Shown: one piece after another, positions 14,660-27,953 of the stretch | Numbering within the stretch: position 1 is the stretch's first letter | Layout: the number at the start of each line of letters is the position of its first letter | Source of the DNA: Octopus sinensis | Taxonomy: Eukaryota | NCBI RefSeq assembly: GCF_006345805.1 | Contig: NC_043001.1 | Coordinates: forward strand, 52,390,001 to 52,454,000 | Direction of reading: 5' to 3' | Length of the DNA: 64,000 nt | Notes under the pieces: generated by a model | Seen by the model: the letters and a program-made list of their open reading frames with translations, nothing else | Databases searched by the model: none | Told to the model about the DNA's origin: nothing | Position numbers and translations under genes: made by a program

Positions 14660-15190
14660 ACCCGGTACTTCATGGACGCGCATACCCGCTTGTATTTCTA
14701 ATATCTTTCAGTTATTTTGGTGGTATTTTGAGTGTTGTGCGAAGGGAACCAATTATCAAAAGAATAGGTGTTGCCTTAGTCTTCAACAGTTTTTTTTTCA
14801 GATCTCTGGCTAGATCACGATATTTCTCATTTTTTTTTCAATTTCTTTGGTATCGACTCTTATATCATAGGGAATGACAAATCTTATGATCTTACAGTGT
14901 TAGTTTAATTTTTCTTCTATAATCATATATGGTATTCATGCTTTAATAGCCTGGTCAGTCTTAAAAGTCCTAAAAGATCCTGTAATTCCCTTCCTTTGTC
15001 GCAGTGTCGATTCCTATTCATGCCACTTGCCTGTTAATTCGTAGCTACACACTCAGCTAACATTTCGATGCACTCTTTCACCAACACAGCATGGCTGTTG
15101 ACTCTTCAGAGTACATCTGGCTTTCATAGGTATTGTTTTTCGCCCTAAAGGGAGACCAAATAGACAAAAAGAAGAAAACACCTCCATAGA
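14660..15190 (-). mobile_element. R4/Dong-like LINE C-terminal fragment (restriction-like endonuclease region)
   Basis: Minus-strand remnants of the (ILWDF)..TDQ.I.A..P, IPYDIRVDTKEIEK and KYRDLARDLKK motifs, typical of REL-endonuclease LINEs. Confidence 0.75.
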
Positions 15191-15200
15191 GCATACCAGT

Positions 15201-15437
15201 TTCTTATTTCTTTATTGCCCACAAGGGGCTAAACACAGACAGGACAAACAAGGAAAGATAAAGGGATTAAGTCGATTATAACGACGCCAGTGCGTAACTG
15301 GTACTTATTTATTCCACTCCGAAAGGATAAAAGGCTAAGTCGACCTCGGTGGAATTTGAACTCGGAACGTAGCGGCAGACGAAATACCGCTAGGCATTTC
15401 GCCCGGCGTGCTAACGTTTCTGCCAGCTCGCCGCCTT
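15201..15437 (-). mobile_element. tRNA-derived SINE, well preserved
   Basis: Minus-strand head aaggcggcgagctggcagaaacgttagc (A-box-like) and gagttcaaattcc (B-box-like). Multiple homologs in the window. Confidence 0.88.
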
Positions 15438-15747
15438 TAGTCACGGACTTTTTGTGGATGTTGACTTTTTTTGGATTTTGACCAATGCTCAATCATCCAG
15501 ATATGATTTGCTTTTACACCTTTGGTGATTGTGGTGGTGGAGAGGGTGTTATTACGTGTGCAAATAAATTAGATACAAGAGAGATGCTATAAAGACAAAA
15601 AGAATGAACGGTGAACATGAAAGCAAAACTAGGAGTGAGAGCATATGTGTCATTATGCAACCTGAGGGCAGCCAAAAACGTATTCATAGATCACAAGGAG
15701 AAGTGGCAAGTGCGTTGCTGTGTGAAAGAGCAAAAAAACAACGAAAA

Positions 15748-16230
15748 TATGGTCGAGGAAAAAGAAGGAAGAGATAGAAGGAGCGACAGAAAGAGAGTGA
15801 TATAAGCAGTTCAAACGTTTGACAGTAATATGCAGTGATCTTCAAAGAAAAGCAAAGATATTTTTACGACCAAAATATAGTTCGATTTATGCCAGAATAG
15901 AGATTTACAATCAGTTTCATTACGTAAACAGTGAACCCTGACAAAATGTTGCTCTTGCCATTGTCGTAAACCGCATGAGTGAAATATAGTGATGACGTTT
16001 ACAGTCCTAGATAGAAACAAAAAGCCACAGAAATATCGCCGTGATATGGAGCAGGATCAAGTGAAATAATGATAGCGATATAGGCGAGGACGTTTGTTGC
16101 TCAGAGTGAGGGAGAAAGAGAGAGAGTGGAAGAGATAGAAAGAGGGAAAGAAACAGCGATCTACGAAGTTATGCATTTTGGGATTAATATACAGCGATCT
16201 TGTACCTTTTCTTCTTCTTCTTCTTTTTCT

Positions 16231-16277
<47 letters not shown>

Positions 16278-17499
16278 TTCTTCTTCTTCTTTCTTCTCTT
16301 CTTCTTCACTTCTTCTTCTACTTCTTCCTTTTCTTCTTCTTCTTCGTCGTCGTCGTCGTCTTCTTCTTCACCTCTTCTTCTTCTTCTTCTTTTTCTTCTT
16401 CTTTTCTTCTTCTTCTTCTTCTCTTCTTCTTCTTCTTCTTTTCTTCTTCTTCTTTTCTTATTCTTCTCATCCTCTTCTTCTTTTCTTCTTTTTCTTCTTT
16501 TGTTCTTCTTCTCCTTTTCTTCTTCTTTTCTTCTTCTTCTCCTCCTCTTCTTCTTCTTCTTCTTCTTTTCTTCTTTTTCTTCTTTTCTTCTTTTCTTCTT
16601 TTTCTTCTTTTCTTCTTCTTCTCCTTTTCTTCTTCTTTTCTTCTTCTTCTCCTCCTCCTCTTCTTCTTCTTCTTTTCTTCTTCTTCTTCTTTTCTTCTTC
16701 TTCTTTTCTTCTTCTTCTCATCTTCTTCTTCTCTTACTCTTTCTTCTTCTTCTTCTTCTTTCTTCTTTCTTCTTTTCTCTTATTCTACTTCTTCTTTTTC
16801 TCTTCTTCTCGTCGTCGTCGTCGTCTTCTTCTTCATCTCTTCTCTCTTCTGTTTTCTTCTTCTTTTCTTTTTTCTTCTTTTCTTCTTCTTTTCTCTTTTC
16901 TTCTTTTCTCTTTTCTTCTTTTCTTCTTCTTCTTCTCATCTCTTCTTCTTTTCTTCTTCTTCTCCTCCTCTTCTTCTTCTTATTCTTTCTCTTTTTCTTC
17001 TTTTCTTCTTCTTTCTTCTTCTTTTCTTTCTTCTTCTTCTTCCTTTTTCTTCTTCTTTCTTCTTCTTTCCTCCTCCTCCTCTTCTTCTTCTTCTTCTTCT
17101 TCTTCTTATTTTCTCTTCTTGTCTTCTTCTTCTTCTTTTCTTCTTCTTCTTCTTTCTTCTTCTTCTCATCTTCTTCTTCTTCTCATCTTCTTCTTCTTCT
17201 TCTTCTTCTCCCCCTCCCCTCCCCCTCCTCTTCTCCTCCTCCTCATGCAAATAGAACCTTAAAAATATAATCATCGTAGATTCCTATAATCGGTGAAATT
17301 GAAAAGCTTCAAATTCTCATTTTCTTTCACCAATATTTGTAAATCTCTATTCTGGCATAAATCGAACTATATTTTGGTTGTAAAAGTATCTTTGCTTTTC
17401 TTTGAAGATCACTGCATATTAATGTCAAACGTTTGAACTGCTTATATCACTCTCTTTCTGTCGCTCCTTCTATCTCTTCCTTCTTTTTCCTCGACCATA
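15748..17499. mobile_element. Putative fold-back/MITE-like unit: 163-bp inverted repeats (15748-15910 and 17337-17499) enclosing a TC-rich tract
   Basis: The arms are reverse complements with 3 mismatches in 163 nt, and both outer ends are TA (possible TA target-site duplication). Status as a mobile element is inferred. Confidence 0.55.
16207..17245 (+). repeat. ~1 kb degenerate (TCT/TTC)n polypyrimidine tract
   Basis: Almost purine-free + strand with internally duplicated blocks. Confidence 0.97.
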
Positions 17500-18240
17500 C
17501 CGATTTTAATTTATGATGCACGTTCGTAGATCTTCCACGATTCAGTGATACAAATCTACAACATGATATCAATTCAATAGTAAACTTGACTGCACCGATA
17601 GCAGAAATTACCTAATTCTACATTATAAAAGCTTGCAAGACTTTTATCAATGATATGTCATTGGTTCACGTGAACTGATCTTTGTAAGTACTTGTGTTAC
17701 AATAATGAAATATTCTCATTCAAAACAATATGCAAGTTTCCAAAACTTCTTTTAAACTATGCCACGCAAACAAGTGGTACTTATTCAGTGATTATTTGAT
17801 TGTTGAATGCCCTTTATTATAAGAGATATTTCTCATTTCATGAGATCATCAATCAGTTATTTTCTCTATACAAAACACTAATTGGATAAGATTTCGCGTT
17901 GAATTTCTTATCGCTTTTACTGCCAGTCACATAGATAATTCCCCAAAGAAGATACCTTATGCTCATGGAAACTTACATTTAAATGATTGATTTTTTCCCC
18001 AAATTTCACAAGCTGAATGAAATTAAGTAAATGTCAGTTACAATTTAATTAGATATGCATGTTTCTATGTAGCTCGAAATTAGTGCTAAAACAGATATCA
18101 ATTCCCAGATACATGAACATGATAGTGTACTATTAGTGCGAATGCTACCACTGCCACTAGTTATAAATGCCTGAATAAACGATATATATAAGCATCGATC
18201 ATCATCATCATCATCATCATTATCATCATCATCATCATCA

Positions 18241-19155
18241 ACAATGGGATTGGTGGATGTTCCGCTTTAGAAAGTTATAAAGGATTAGTTGCTGGAAAGT
18301 GCGACGACGTTCCCGGGGAGTCTCTGGGGACCAACGAGAACGAACTGGCAAGTCTGTTCCGGAGGGCTTTCTGATCGGGAACTATCATGGATAATTTCCA
18401 GATGTACTTGGCTTGGCAATGCTACCGGTGGTGGGGGCGCTGCTGGTTCGAGATAATCTCTACAAGCACGGATGTGTTGTCAGACGGATTTGACGCGCAC
18501 TGACAAAACCGTTCTGCATGCCCTCGTTGAGTGTCCGGGCATTACTAACTTGTGGGATTATTTTGACAGTTACGGATCCGTCTGTCACCCGAGTCTGTAG
18601 TGATGATCGTGCTACCACCTTCCTTTAATCGAACAGGCAAGGCCTCGTTGCTGTGGCGAAACAGCTTGTTTAGGGGACAAGGCTGAAAGGCATGAGGACA
18701 GATACATTCCTCTTTGTTAGTGCTCTTATTGACTTATTCAAGTTGCACGTGAAAAGGAAACTGAGGGTGGAGAAGGAAGTGTTGTCCTCGAGTGAGTTTA
18801 TTGAAAGGTGGGTGAAAGTTGCGAAAATGGCAAGAGTGGATGTTACCTCTCTAAGTGTACACCAGTGAGTTGGAGAGAAGGAATTGGAGAGGGCAATTGC
18901 TCCTAGGGTTTCAGGTAAATCGTAAACAGTGGGGTTACTCGATTATCTCTAGAGGCCTTCGTGTAGGGTCACATCACAATCATCCTTCCCGCCATTTTAA
19001 CTGCCTTTGTATGCTATGCATATATCATTTCTTCTTCAGTGTATGCCGTGTATACATACTTTTATTTATAATTTCATTATGTAAATCCCCACACTTTATG
19101 TCTGTCTCTGTATTGTACCTTTCATCCTTCGCCCTTGCGGCAAATCAATGAAATC
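18241..19155 (+). mobile_element. 5'-truncated Tx1/L1-like LINE 3' end (Zn-finger region plus 3' UTR)
   Basis: Remnant L.VRDNLYKHG...ETVLHALVECPG, homologous to 2290-2470. Runs into an (ATT)n tract. Confidence 0.8.
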
Positions 19156-19159
19156 ATTA

Positions 19160-19241
<82 letters not shown>

Positions 19242-19299
19242 GATGTTATGTAGTTTCTATTGGTGATTTTAGAACTTTTCTGTATGTGGTTCTTTAGTC

Positions 19300-21062
19300 C
19301 TATTTCGTTTCTGTTTGTGACGGTATAGTAAATAATGTATTTTTTCATCGCTTTAGCATGCGATACGGCAGTGCAGTTGTTAGTGGGAATGGGGTTGAAC
19401 TTGTGATGAACAATGTGATCGTGGTGACGGTGATACCTAGGGCGATGATTTTGTCCATAATTGTGTAGGTGTTGTTGGGGAAGGTGATGTCCCTATTTAT
19501 TCATATCTGCCATTTTTGTGTTGGTATATTTTTGCTTATTTTCCTCTTGTCATTTTGCCAGTTAGGTTTTTCATCACCCTCTTCATTAAAAGACATGACT
19601 GGTGGGTCCAAACGAATAGGGTCATGTTTTAAGCCTCATTGTTTTACCGATAAGTTGTTTGGGGGTCTTGTGGATGCTGCTGCAATTGGTTTTCTCTTAA
19701 AGGCCGTGTTTGCTTTGTTGTTGTTTGTTGATGTTGTTTCCACTTTTGGTGTTGTTTGTGGTGTTCTTGTGCTTTGGTGGGTGTTGCAACCACTTTTGAT
19801 GCTGTAGTATACTGCTGTTGTGGTTGCTGCTGTTTTTGTCAGTATTGAAGTTGTGGTGTTGGCAATCCTTTCGGCAGTTATTCGTTCTTGTTTTTGTAGG
19901 CTTTGAGTTGGCTGGAGTTCCCACAGGAGTGGCATCGTAGTTTTCTGCCTTCCACAACCGCCTGCAGTTTCTGCTCTTCTAGAATCTCTAATGGATCAGA
20001 ATTTATACAGTGTCTCCCGTTTCACTGGAATTAAAATTTCCAGCCCTATCTTCACTCAGTTCTCTAGTTTAAATCTTAAGTGTGCTGGAATGTTCTAGCA
20101 CCTCAAGTTTAACCACATTACCAGAAATCAAGTGATGGTAATATATTTGAAATATTTACTCGGATCACTCTCTGTTCCATGTAAATTGGTAAAATCTTCA
20201 GTTTTTGTAGAACGTAGAGTATTATTGACAAGGGTTAGTGGATGAAAGATAACCCTGATATAGTTGAATTTTTGAGTGTAGCTGACAACACTAAAATATA
20301 TTTTTAAAGTAGAGCAAGTTGCCATGAATAGAAGCATTCCAGCCTGTCTCTTTTGTAGACCTGCATCTATAGAAAGCAGTTTTCTTTTGCGTTTCGTATA
20401 AAAGGTTTGTATTATATTTAATGCAGTCTTCTTTTTGTTCGTTTTCCTCAGTATACTCTTACCTATCTTTTAGATATATATCACATCAAATACATCGATG
20501 GTTTTTCAAAACAGATAAGTTTGTGTACTTTTTTAACGCGGTTGGTATTGTTTGAACCATCGTTTTCACTATTATCATTTCTTATTTTTATTATGGTGGT
20601 GTTAGTGGTGTTGTTCACATTGCACAATTTACTGCTCCTGCTTATTTTTCGAGTTTCGTTACTCGTTGTCATTGTGCTTGTTGCTTTTACTGTTGCTGTT
20701 GCTGTTGTTGTTGTTGTTATTGTTCTTATATTTGCTGTTGAAGTTGCAACTAATACCGCTGCTACTGTTTTTATGTATGGAAAATTTTTGGGGAAAAAGT
20801 GACAGCGAAAGGCAATCTCGTCTGCAAAGTCTCCTCTTGCCTACTCTTGACTCGCTGACGAAAACGACGCCATGTTGCCAGAATTTTATGCCTCGGAAAG
20901 AAACTTTTCTCTGCAGTTTTTATGCACCATAGCGGTAGTAAACCAAACAGTTTAGCAGACGAATATGGTCCAGGTCAATGTTGAAACGATATGAATCAGT
21001 AAAATTAACAAAATTAAACTTCTAATTAGCTAAAACAAACTTACGGAGCTTCACCAAAACGA
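19300..21062 (-). mobile_element. Probable Tx1/L1-like LINE 5' portion (5' UTR plus decayed ORF1 with Thr-rich linker), no ORF2
   Basis: Minus-strand reading ...KIGLEILIPVKRETLYKF...GGCGRQ resembles a decayed gag-like Zn-knuckle region, followed by T/N/K-rich low-complexity sequence. Assignment is by resemblance only. Confidence 0.55.
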
Positions 21063-21064
21063 CC

Positions 21065-21097
21065 ACTACTAGTGCTGCTGTTGCTGCTGCTGCTACA

Positions 21098-21134
<37 letters not shown>

Positions 21135-21245
21135 TACTACTACTACTACTACTACTAATAATAATAATAATATAATAATAATAATAATAATAATAATATA
21201 ATAATAATAATAATAATAATATAATAATAATAATAATAATAATAA
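21065..21245. repeat. Compound (GCT)/(ACT)/(AAT)n microsatellite
   Basis: Directly visible. Confidence 0.95.
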
Positions 21246-21691
21246 AAATACGATGATGAAAATATATTCGAAAATCCTATATAAATCCATAATCGTTTGA
21301 ATTGGAAGCAATGAAGGCATTATAACATCATTCGTAGTCAATCTGCTTTGATAAAAATATCTAATGTGAAAGTAGATTTATTCAATAATAAGAATACGTC
21401 TGTAGTAGCTAATTTCAATAGGAATACTTGAACTGAACATACAAAGCTACAGAAACGTTAACAGAACTGATAAAGTAGAAGAATTTGCATGTCTTATGTC
21501 AAAGAGGGAACCTTGACATGAGAAATATTCCTAAATCTGTATTACATTTGATAATCTCAATTATTAATGTGCCAAAACCAAAAATGTGCGGTCATCACAG
21601 CAATGGAATAAGCTTTGGTGTCGAGTTTTAGGTTCCTATATAGTTGCAAGCAGACATACCCAACCTTTCTGTCCTCCTATCTTCCACTTAG

Positions 21692-21761
21692 AGGAACATT
21701 CAGGATACAACAGTTAGATGGTAAAAGGGCTGCTGCAACCCGTGGCTTGTATGTATTTGAG
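21692..21761 (+). CDS. Candidate internal exon of an unidentified host gene (1 nt + GTFRIQQLDGKRAAATRGLYVFE)
   Basis: Strong acceptor (ctttctgtcctcctatcttccacttAG) and donor GAG|GTGAGT. 70 nt, GC-richer than its flanks, protein-like composition, not part of any repeat recognised here. Confidence 0.5.
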
Positions 21762-24700
21762 GTGAGTAGACTGAGGAAACATGTAATGAACTACTCTATT
21801 AAGAATATAACACGCCACGTGTCCTTGCAATCACACTCACAACATGAAAACCATGAGATAAGCTAACGATCAGAATGTGTTTATCAGTATTTAATCTCCA
21901 TTTTCAAACTAGTAAGAAACTCAAGGTATCTCATCGAAAGTATTTAGTTCGTGACAATCCTGTTTGTATAGAGTTTGCGAAAACTTATTGATCTTAAAGG
22001 CGCTTTCGCGATTGAAAACAGTAAGAGTAGGTTTTCCGGGAATTTAACAATTTGAATGAAAATATAGAGTAGAAAAGTGTAAAGAGAAGCGGGGAACATG
22101 AATCCCAATTAAGTATCCACTGAAAAATTCAAACGTCACAGATGAGTAAGCTATTTTTAATACCACATTCATGAGGTAGCGAGATAGCATATATATACTC
22201 GTGCAATCTACTAGGCGAAGTAGTTAAGTCTCCTTCAGACAAAATATACCCTTGATTGGAGAAAAGGAAGAGAGCATTAAATAACCGTGTTCTGGAAAAT
22301 TTAGCTGTATAAAAAGAAGACCCCTTTAAAGTTAGGGATTTTCATCATAGAACTGCTAAAAAGTGTCAAACAACAGCAATACTTAAAATGTCGGTATATT
22401 CGTTACTGGATTGTTAGTAACAAAATATCGACTGTTACTTTAACATCGTTTCTGTCAAAGAAACTTGTTAATTATCAAGTTTAACAATCCACATACTGTT
22501 ATCTGACAATTGATTGCTTTCAGAGAGAGAAAAAAGTAAACCATTGTTTCAAAATAAATGCATGAATGTTTTGTTAGCGTGCACTACCAAATTAAATGCT
22601 CATTTTAGGCCTGGGAAAAGTAGTTGGGAGAAACATCAATACGTATTCCTTACTCTTCAATACCTATATGAACATCTCTAGGGATCCATAGGCAGTTACA
22701 AGAAATTTCTATAAATTTAATGACGGTTACTCTAATAGGGAAGCTATGCCCACTTTAGATCGCGTATGTATTATATCTTTTCAATGATCTGACAGGAAAT
22801 TTTGCTGCAATATCTGTGATAACGAAACTACAATAACCAGATGCAAATCGATATAATGTGAGCACACAGAAAAATAATGTTTAGATGGAGTTTTTTTACC
22901 ATGCTTTACTGTTATAATTGCATGCAGAAATATGTTAACTATTTATTAGCTTTCTCACATTATCCCGCGCCTATAAACCACAACAAAATAAAATCATGCT
23001 AAAAGGAATCAATACATGCAGCCATTAGTATTTTATCCTTCATTTCCAGCAGCAATTTCAACATAAGACAAAAAAAACGTATTTCTCTAATGCGTTAAAT
23101 GCATGATGGAAATATTTTGAACTTTCTATCCTTAACATAATTTTATTCTTTCACTTTTTCATTATTTTTATTAAATAATGTACAAACTATAGATTTATCA
23201 GTTTTGGATTGGAGAATTTGTTCGTAGTCTGCTTTTAACAAATTAATTCCTTCGTCATCTAAGTATACTTTTTTACATGACTTTTGTTGTTGAAACTTTC
23301 ATTACCCAAAGCTGCACATTATAAACGCGCAATAAAAGTTACTACTGTAGCATATAATTCTCATACATTTCCAGATTACCGGCGAAAATGTTTTAATTAT
23401 TTTAAAGGAAAAACAATAGCAGCATAATTTGTTTCTCTTATTTACATACATGTATAAACAGATATAATCAACCTACATATACAGATCTCTACAACTTATT
23501 TTACTTATCTACACAAGTTTATATATTTATCTAATTATTGCTATCTATCTAGTCATTGCTTTCTTGTCAAAGTGTTAGAATTTTCAAAACATGTTCATTG
23601 AAATCCTATTTTCCCAATTTTCCCATTTACTTCTCAGTCATGTACTTAATAACCCGGAGATATTTGTCATCCATTAAATCAAGACATTATTCAACCATAA
23701 GAAACCAAATCTGTCAACATCGATGCATAGGATGTTGACAATTATATTGACCTATCAATGGTTTATATGCAGTAACTGAAGCCATATATGACCCAAACTG
23801 TTTGAAAGTGTCTCTTACAACTTCATGCTAATACATAAGCACGGCTGACAGATGTGAATAACATGTTCAGTGTATATTTAAAGAATGGGTTATTTGGTTG
23901 TTATTCAAGTATATATCTAAAACGAGATCTCCAAAACACTGTTTTGGAGCAGTGACGTAACGGTTTCAGTCAATTTTCTTATTCACTCGATATTATGGCG
24001 TTTATTAGGTTCTCCTTTGGCGGCATTGTGCATTGAACTCATTGCAGATAGACAGAGGACGGTTTCTGAACTTTAATGTCAGGTTATTGGGAAATGAATA
24101 ATTTTGAACACTTCAGTCATTCAGAAGTGTGTTATAAAGTTGATTTAATATAACTGGAAAACTGTTTCTTAGAGAATGCAAAATTTCTTAGAGAATGCGA
24201 AATAGTAAAGTTTGTAGTGAAGTAAGTTAGTAGTGATCTCAAGAAAATATACGGAAAGCGTATGAAAATGAATTCATTACATTTTTAGATGCTGAGGCCA
24301 TTAATCGGATCTGAAATGTTGATGCGCTTAGTGCATTACTCTATACAAGCTAAATTTGAAAATGCCAACAATTATAGCAGAGAATATAAAGGATCATATT
24401 ATCATACGGTTACAGTATGATGATAATTGATTCCTATATTAATGTGATTTTGGAAGTGCATTGCATATCCTGTTGAGGGAGATAAATTCCAGAACTGGAA
24501 TTTCAGAGTTAATCATTGAAATTATTTGGTTGTCGCATCAAAAATTCTTTATATAAATTCTCCGGTGAAATGCGCATATATTAATGTCATATATTATTGC
24601 TAAAATAACTTGTAACAATTGAAAGATAACAGAGTTTAGGAATGATTGAATAATTTATACTGCAGAAAAATAGAAATACTAATTTCAGCAAATGCTCTCT

Positions 24701-25032
24701 GCATCGTAGTAATTACAGTAATAGCATAATTCACATGATACAAAAACGGAAACAAATAATATATTTAAAGACATCTCTTATAGACATAATTATTGTAACC
24801 TTAATAAAAGCTTGAACATTATGATGAATATAATCGTAGGATCCTGTCCACACCATCATGGTTGTGATTTTTCACGGCTAATTATAGTGTCTGTCTCCTA
24901 AGTATAGAAATTAGCTGCTTGGTTATTGATAGACTATTATCATTATAAGTTTGCATATTTTAAACCGCAGGTTGCAAACAGTCGAGAATTTATACTTAAC
25001 ACATATACCCACGCACCCTCAGTAAAACAGGC

Positions 25033-25033
25033 A

Positions 25034-25117
<84 letters not shown>

Positions 25118-25125
25118 CATCTATC
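25033..25125. repeat. (TATC)n microsatellite
   Basis: Directly visible. Confidence 0.97.
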
Positions 25126-25332
25126 TATCTGTGTGTTTATCTGTCTGTCTGTTTATCTATCGATCTGTATGTGTGTTTGTGTGTGTAGGTATTCTAACAG
25201 ATATTTACTGTAGACTAATGGAGCATATACAATATTTCACGGGAAGACAGCTACAGCTAGCTATTACGAAAATCCAGCCATGTTAGTATGGAGGGCACAC
25301 ATACAAACAATCCCAAAGTATGCTAATATCAC

Positions 25333-25465
25333 AAGGCGGGATGGCAGAATCCTTAGCACGCCGAGCAAAATTGTTAGCGGCATTTTGTGTGTCGTTACGT
25401 TCTGAATTCAAATTACACCAAGGTCAATTTTTCTTTTCATCCTTTCGTGATCGATAAAATGAACC
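25333..25465 (+). mobile_element. SINE head fragment
   Basis: aaggcgggatggcagaatccttagcacgcc...ctgaattcaaatt matches the SINE head. Confidence 0.75.
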
Positions 25466-25479
25466 GCTCTTGCAGAAGG

Positions 25480-25630
25480 CCAATAAACTGAAGAACAGCA
25501 AAGTCGCCAGCCTGCTACAGTAGAATATATGACCATAAGAGAGGACCTAGCTAAAAAGGTAACTTGAAGAAGTGACCTTCAGAAGCAGCAGGAGTGGATA
25601 AAATGCCTTCTAAAATTTTTAAGTATTTGC
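25480..25630 (+). mobile_element. Possible LINE remnant (pre-RT KAAGxD motif)
   Basis: Reading EAAGVDKMPSKIFK resembles the KAAGPDGIPxExLK motif. Short and degenerate. Confidence 0.35.
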
Positions 25631-27876
25631 TTTTTCATGTACAACCGTTAAGTCGACAATTTCAAAGCTTTCATTTGTACAATTAAGCGATTCACAGTGT
25701 AAATTCGGAGGTTGCAGTAAAATTAAGTTTTTCTTATACTATAGACTACTGCTAGTTCAGTAACCTTACAAAACATATGTGGATTTATCACAAGGACACT
25801 AATGAAACAGCGGCAAATCCGTGATGCATCAATGTCCAAAGCGTATTATAGTTTAATATTTTCATGAAATTACAGGACATACTTCATCGAAATCCCTAAA
25901 ACTCACGCGTACATCTCTCTCTTTAAATGTGCACATAAACAATACGAAAATTACCAGCATCATTATACCCCATTTCAAAACAAGAAATTCTCTTCTTGCA
26001 TTTATTTTTCTAAATTGTCAATAACTCAGCCCCATTTGAGACTCTCAAGTGCTTTGGTGTGAGCGTAAGCAACATCTCAAGAAGCATGTAAACTACATGG
26101 ATTCTTGTACGACAGTGAATATTAGGAACAAGAAGCAGAAGTCATTTGCGAGGCAATAGGGTTGTTTGATGTAATGCGCACAGCATGTCAAATTAATGAC
26201 ACCATCTAGAATGAAGAGAATAAGAGAAATATGTCACAAGACTATTTGAAAAAGCGATGATGTAGAACGACAATAAATGCATAGGATGTTTTGCTGAGAC
26301 CTCACGTATGTACGTGACTTGTGACATCGATTTCAAAATGGTACGGCATAGTGTCTGACTGCACAGTACTGGTATCAAATAAAGCATTGAAGTTTGTACA
26401 AGTAATGTTTTCAGAGGCAAACTGCAATATTCAAACATTACGTCAGTTCCTGAATGAAACTGAATTATTTGGCCGATCTTCATTTGGAAGAACATAACCA
26501 TGAAACACATTGAAAATGGCGAAAAACGTCTTTGCCGATCTGATGCTCATTGTGATAAGGTAAGAATGTTTCCATCTAAAACGTGTAGTCGAATATACTC
26601 TGAAATAAATTGAATTTGAAAGCATTTCTTTCAGAAATGGAATCACAATGCTCACATCACATGCTCTTCATTAATACTTTCTCGCAGTTTCATTATGTTC
26701 TTTCAAGTGTATTTAGAAACTACGCTCTTTACTATGGATTTGTTTTTCAGAAATTCTAATTTGGATTGTAAAATATAATTAAAAATTAATTGCAGCGTTT
26801 TTACTAAAATGCGATTAGAACATGAATATGTTCATATATAATACATTTGAAACCTGCAAATAAATATACGTAAGCTATTTTACTGCGTACAGCATGAACA
26901 AAATCATCTAATCAGATAACAGCTGACGTAAAACGATGAAAAAGACACTTGAGGTAACGAGGAAATACAAATATCACAAGAAAGACAAATAGAATAAGAA
27001 TATAGAACGATGGTATATGAAACGGAGATGAAACGATAAAGATGACTGACAATATCAATGCGAAATTTTTGCCTTATATGTTGATAAGAATTATTCATAG
27101 ACGTTGTTTGATATTACTTGTCAACTTAGGTACTACCAATATTTCCAGTGAACAGAATTCTAGCAAACGGCGAGAGGTTTATCTGAATATTTTAATGGCA
27201 AATAATGGAGTGAAAAGACATATCATTATGACACCTCTCTAACATAATGAACAGCCTAGATATTCAAAGTGTGGGTACAAGACCATTACACAGGGGCAGT
27301 ACTTCTCAGGTATTTTATTTTATTGTCACGTGGTTGGTGAAACGCAAAAGATTGTCTTTGCAGGATTTGAATTCATGGGATAAAGACCCAGGATAAGAAA
27401 CGACCTATACACTAATAATCCTCTCAATGAGAAGTCCCGATACGACATGCGTTTTTAACTGTGCATGGAGCAGAAATGGACACTCATCTGCTAGAAATAG
27501 ACATCAAGTCATAGTGTAACATGTTGCTGTGGAAACGAAACTGTGACAGTAGAATGCTGCATACACTCTCTGCACACACCAGACTACACGTTCACACAGA
27601 TAAACATGAACACTAATATAAATGTTGAGGTCTTCTGCTGCAATGAAAGATTTCGCTTGATAGAGATATCTAAGCAATTAAGTCTTAACACTTCAATTCA
27701 TTTATAAAACCTAATCACAATTAATAGTTAAAATTTTAAGTATTCTTACATGATTTTGTCAGTTAATTGCTTTGAAAATTTCAAGTATTCTTGTATGTGC
27801 ATTTAATATACCGAACACTCGCCTGAAGTATTTTTATTCTGCTACTTTGAACAAAAGAAAGGAATGTAGAGGCTAC

Positions 27877-27878
27877 GT

Positions 27879-27926
<48 letters not shown>

Positions 27927-27953
27927 TGTGTGTGTATGCGTGTGCGTGTGTGT
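27877..27953. repeat. (TG)n microsatellite
   Basis: Directly visible. Confidence 0.97.

Noticed and set aside
15201-15437. tRNA gene
   Set aside because: A- and B-box-like motifs belong to a multi-copy SINE head; no complete cloverleaf.
16126-17274. Three overlapping 356-378 aa ORFs on + and poly-K/E/R ORFs on -
   Set aside because: Artefact of a purine-poor tract that cannot encode stop codons; the products are only F/S/L runs.
12655-18012. Minus-strand exon-like segments 17977-18012 (LVKFGEKINHLN), 13347-13379 (VGKTMTVGKLM, Walker-A-like) and 12655-12806
   Set aside because: Splice signals are acceptable and phases compatible, but the segments are short or AT-rich and the joined peptide is not recognisable. 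Such hits are expected by chance; revisit only with RNA-seq.
18241-21062. Twin-priming inversion joining the + strand Tx1 3' end and the - strand ORF1 fragment
   Set aside because: The inverted part lies downstream of the tail rather than upstream, so two independent insertions are more likely.
23929-23949. 9-bp hairpin ctccaaaac-act-gttttggag
   Set aside because: A stem this short is expected by chance in 64 kb.
24009-26559. Further + strand exon candidates (24009-24082, ~24289-24420, 26500-26559)
   Set aside because: Each lacks either a good donor or a good acceptor, and the frame is ambiguous; not supportable from sequence alone.
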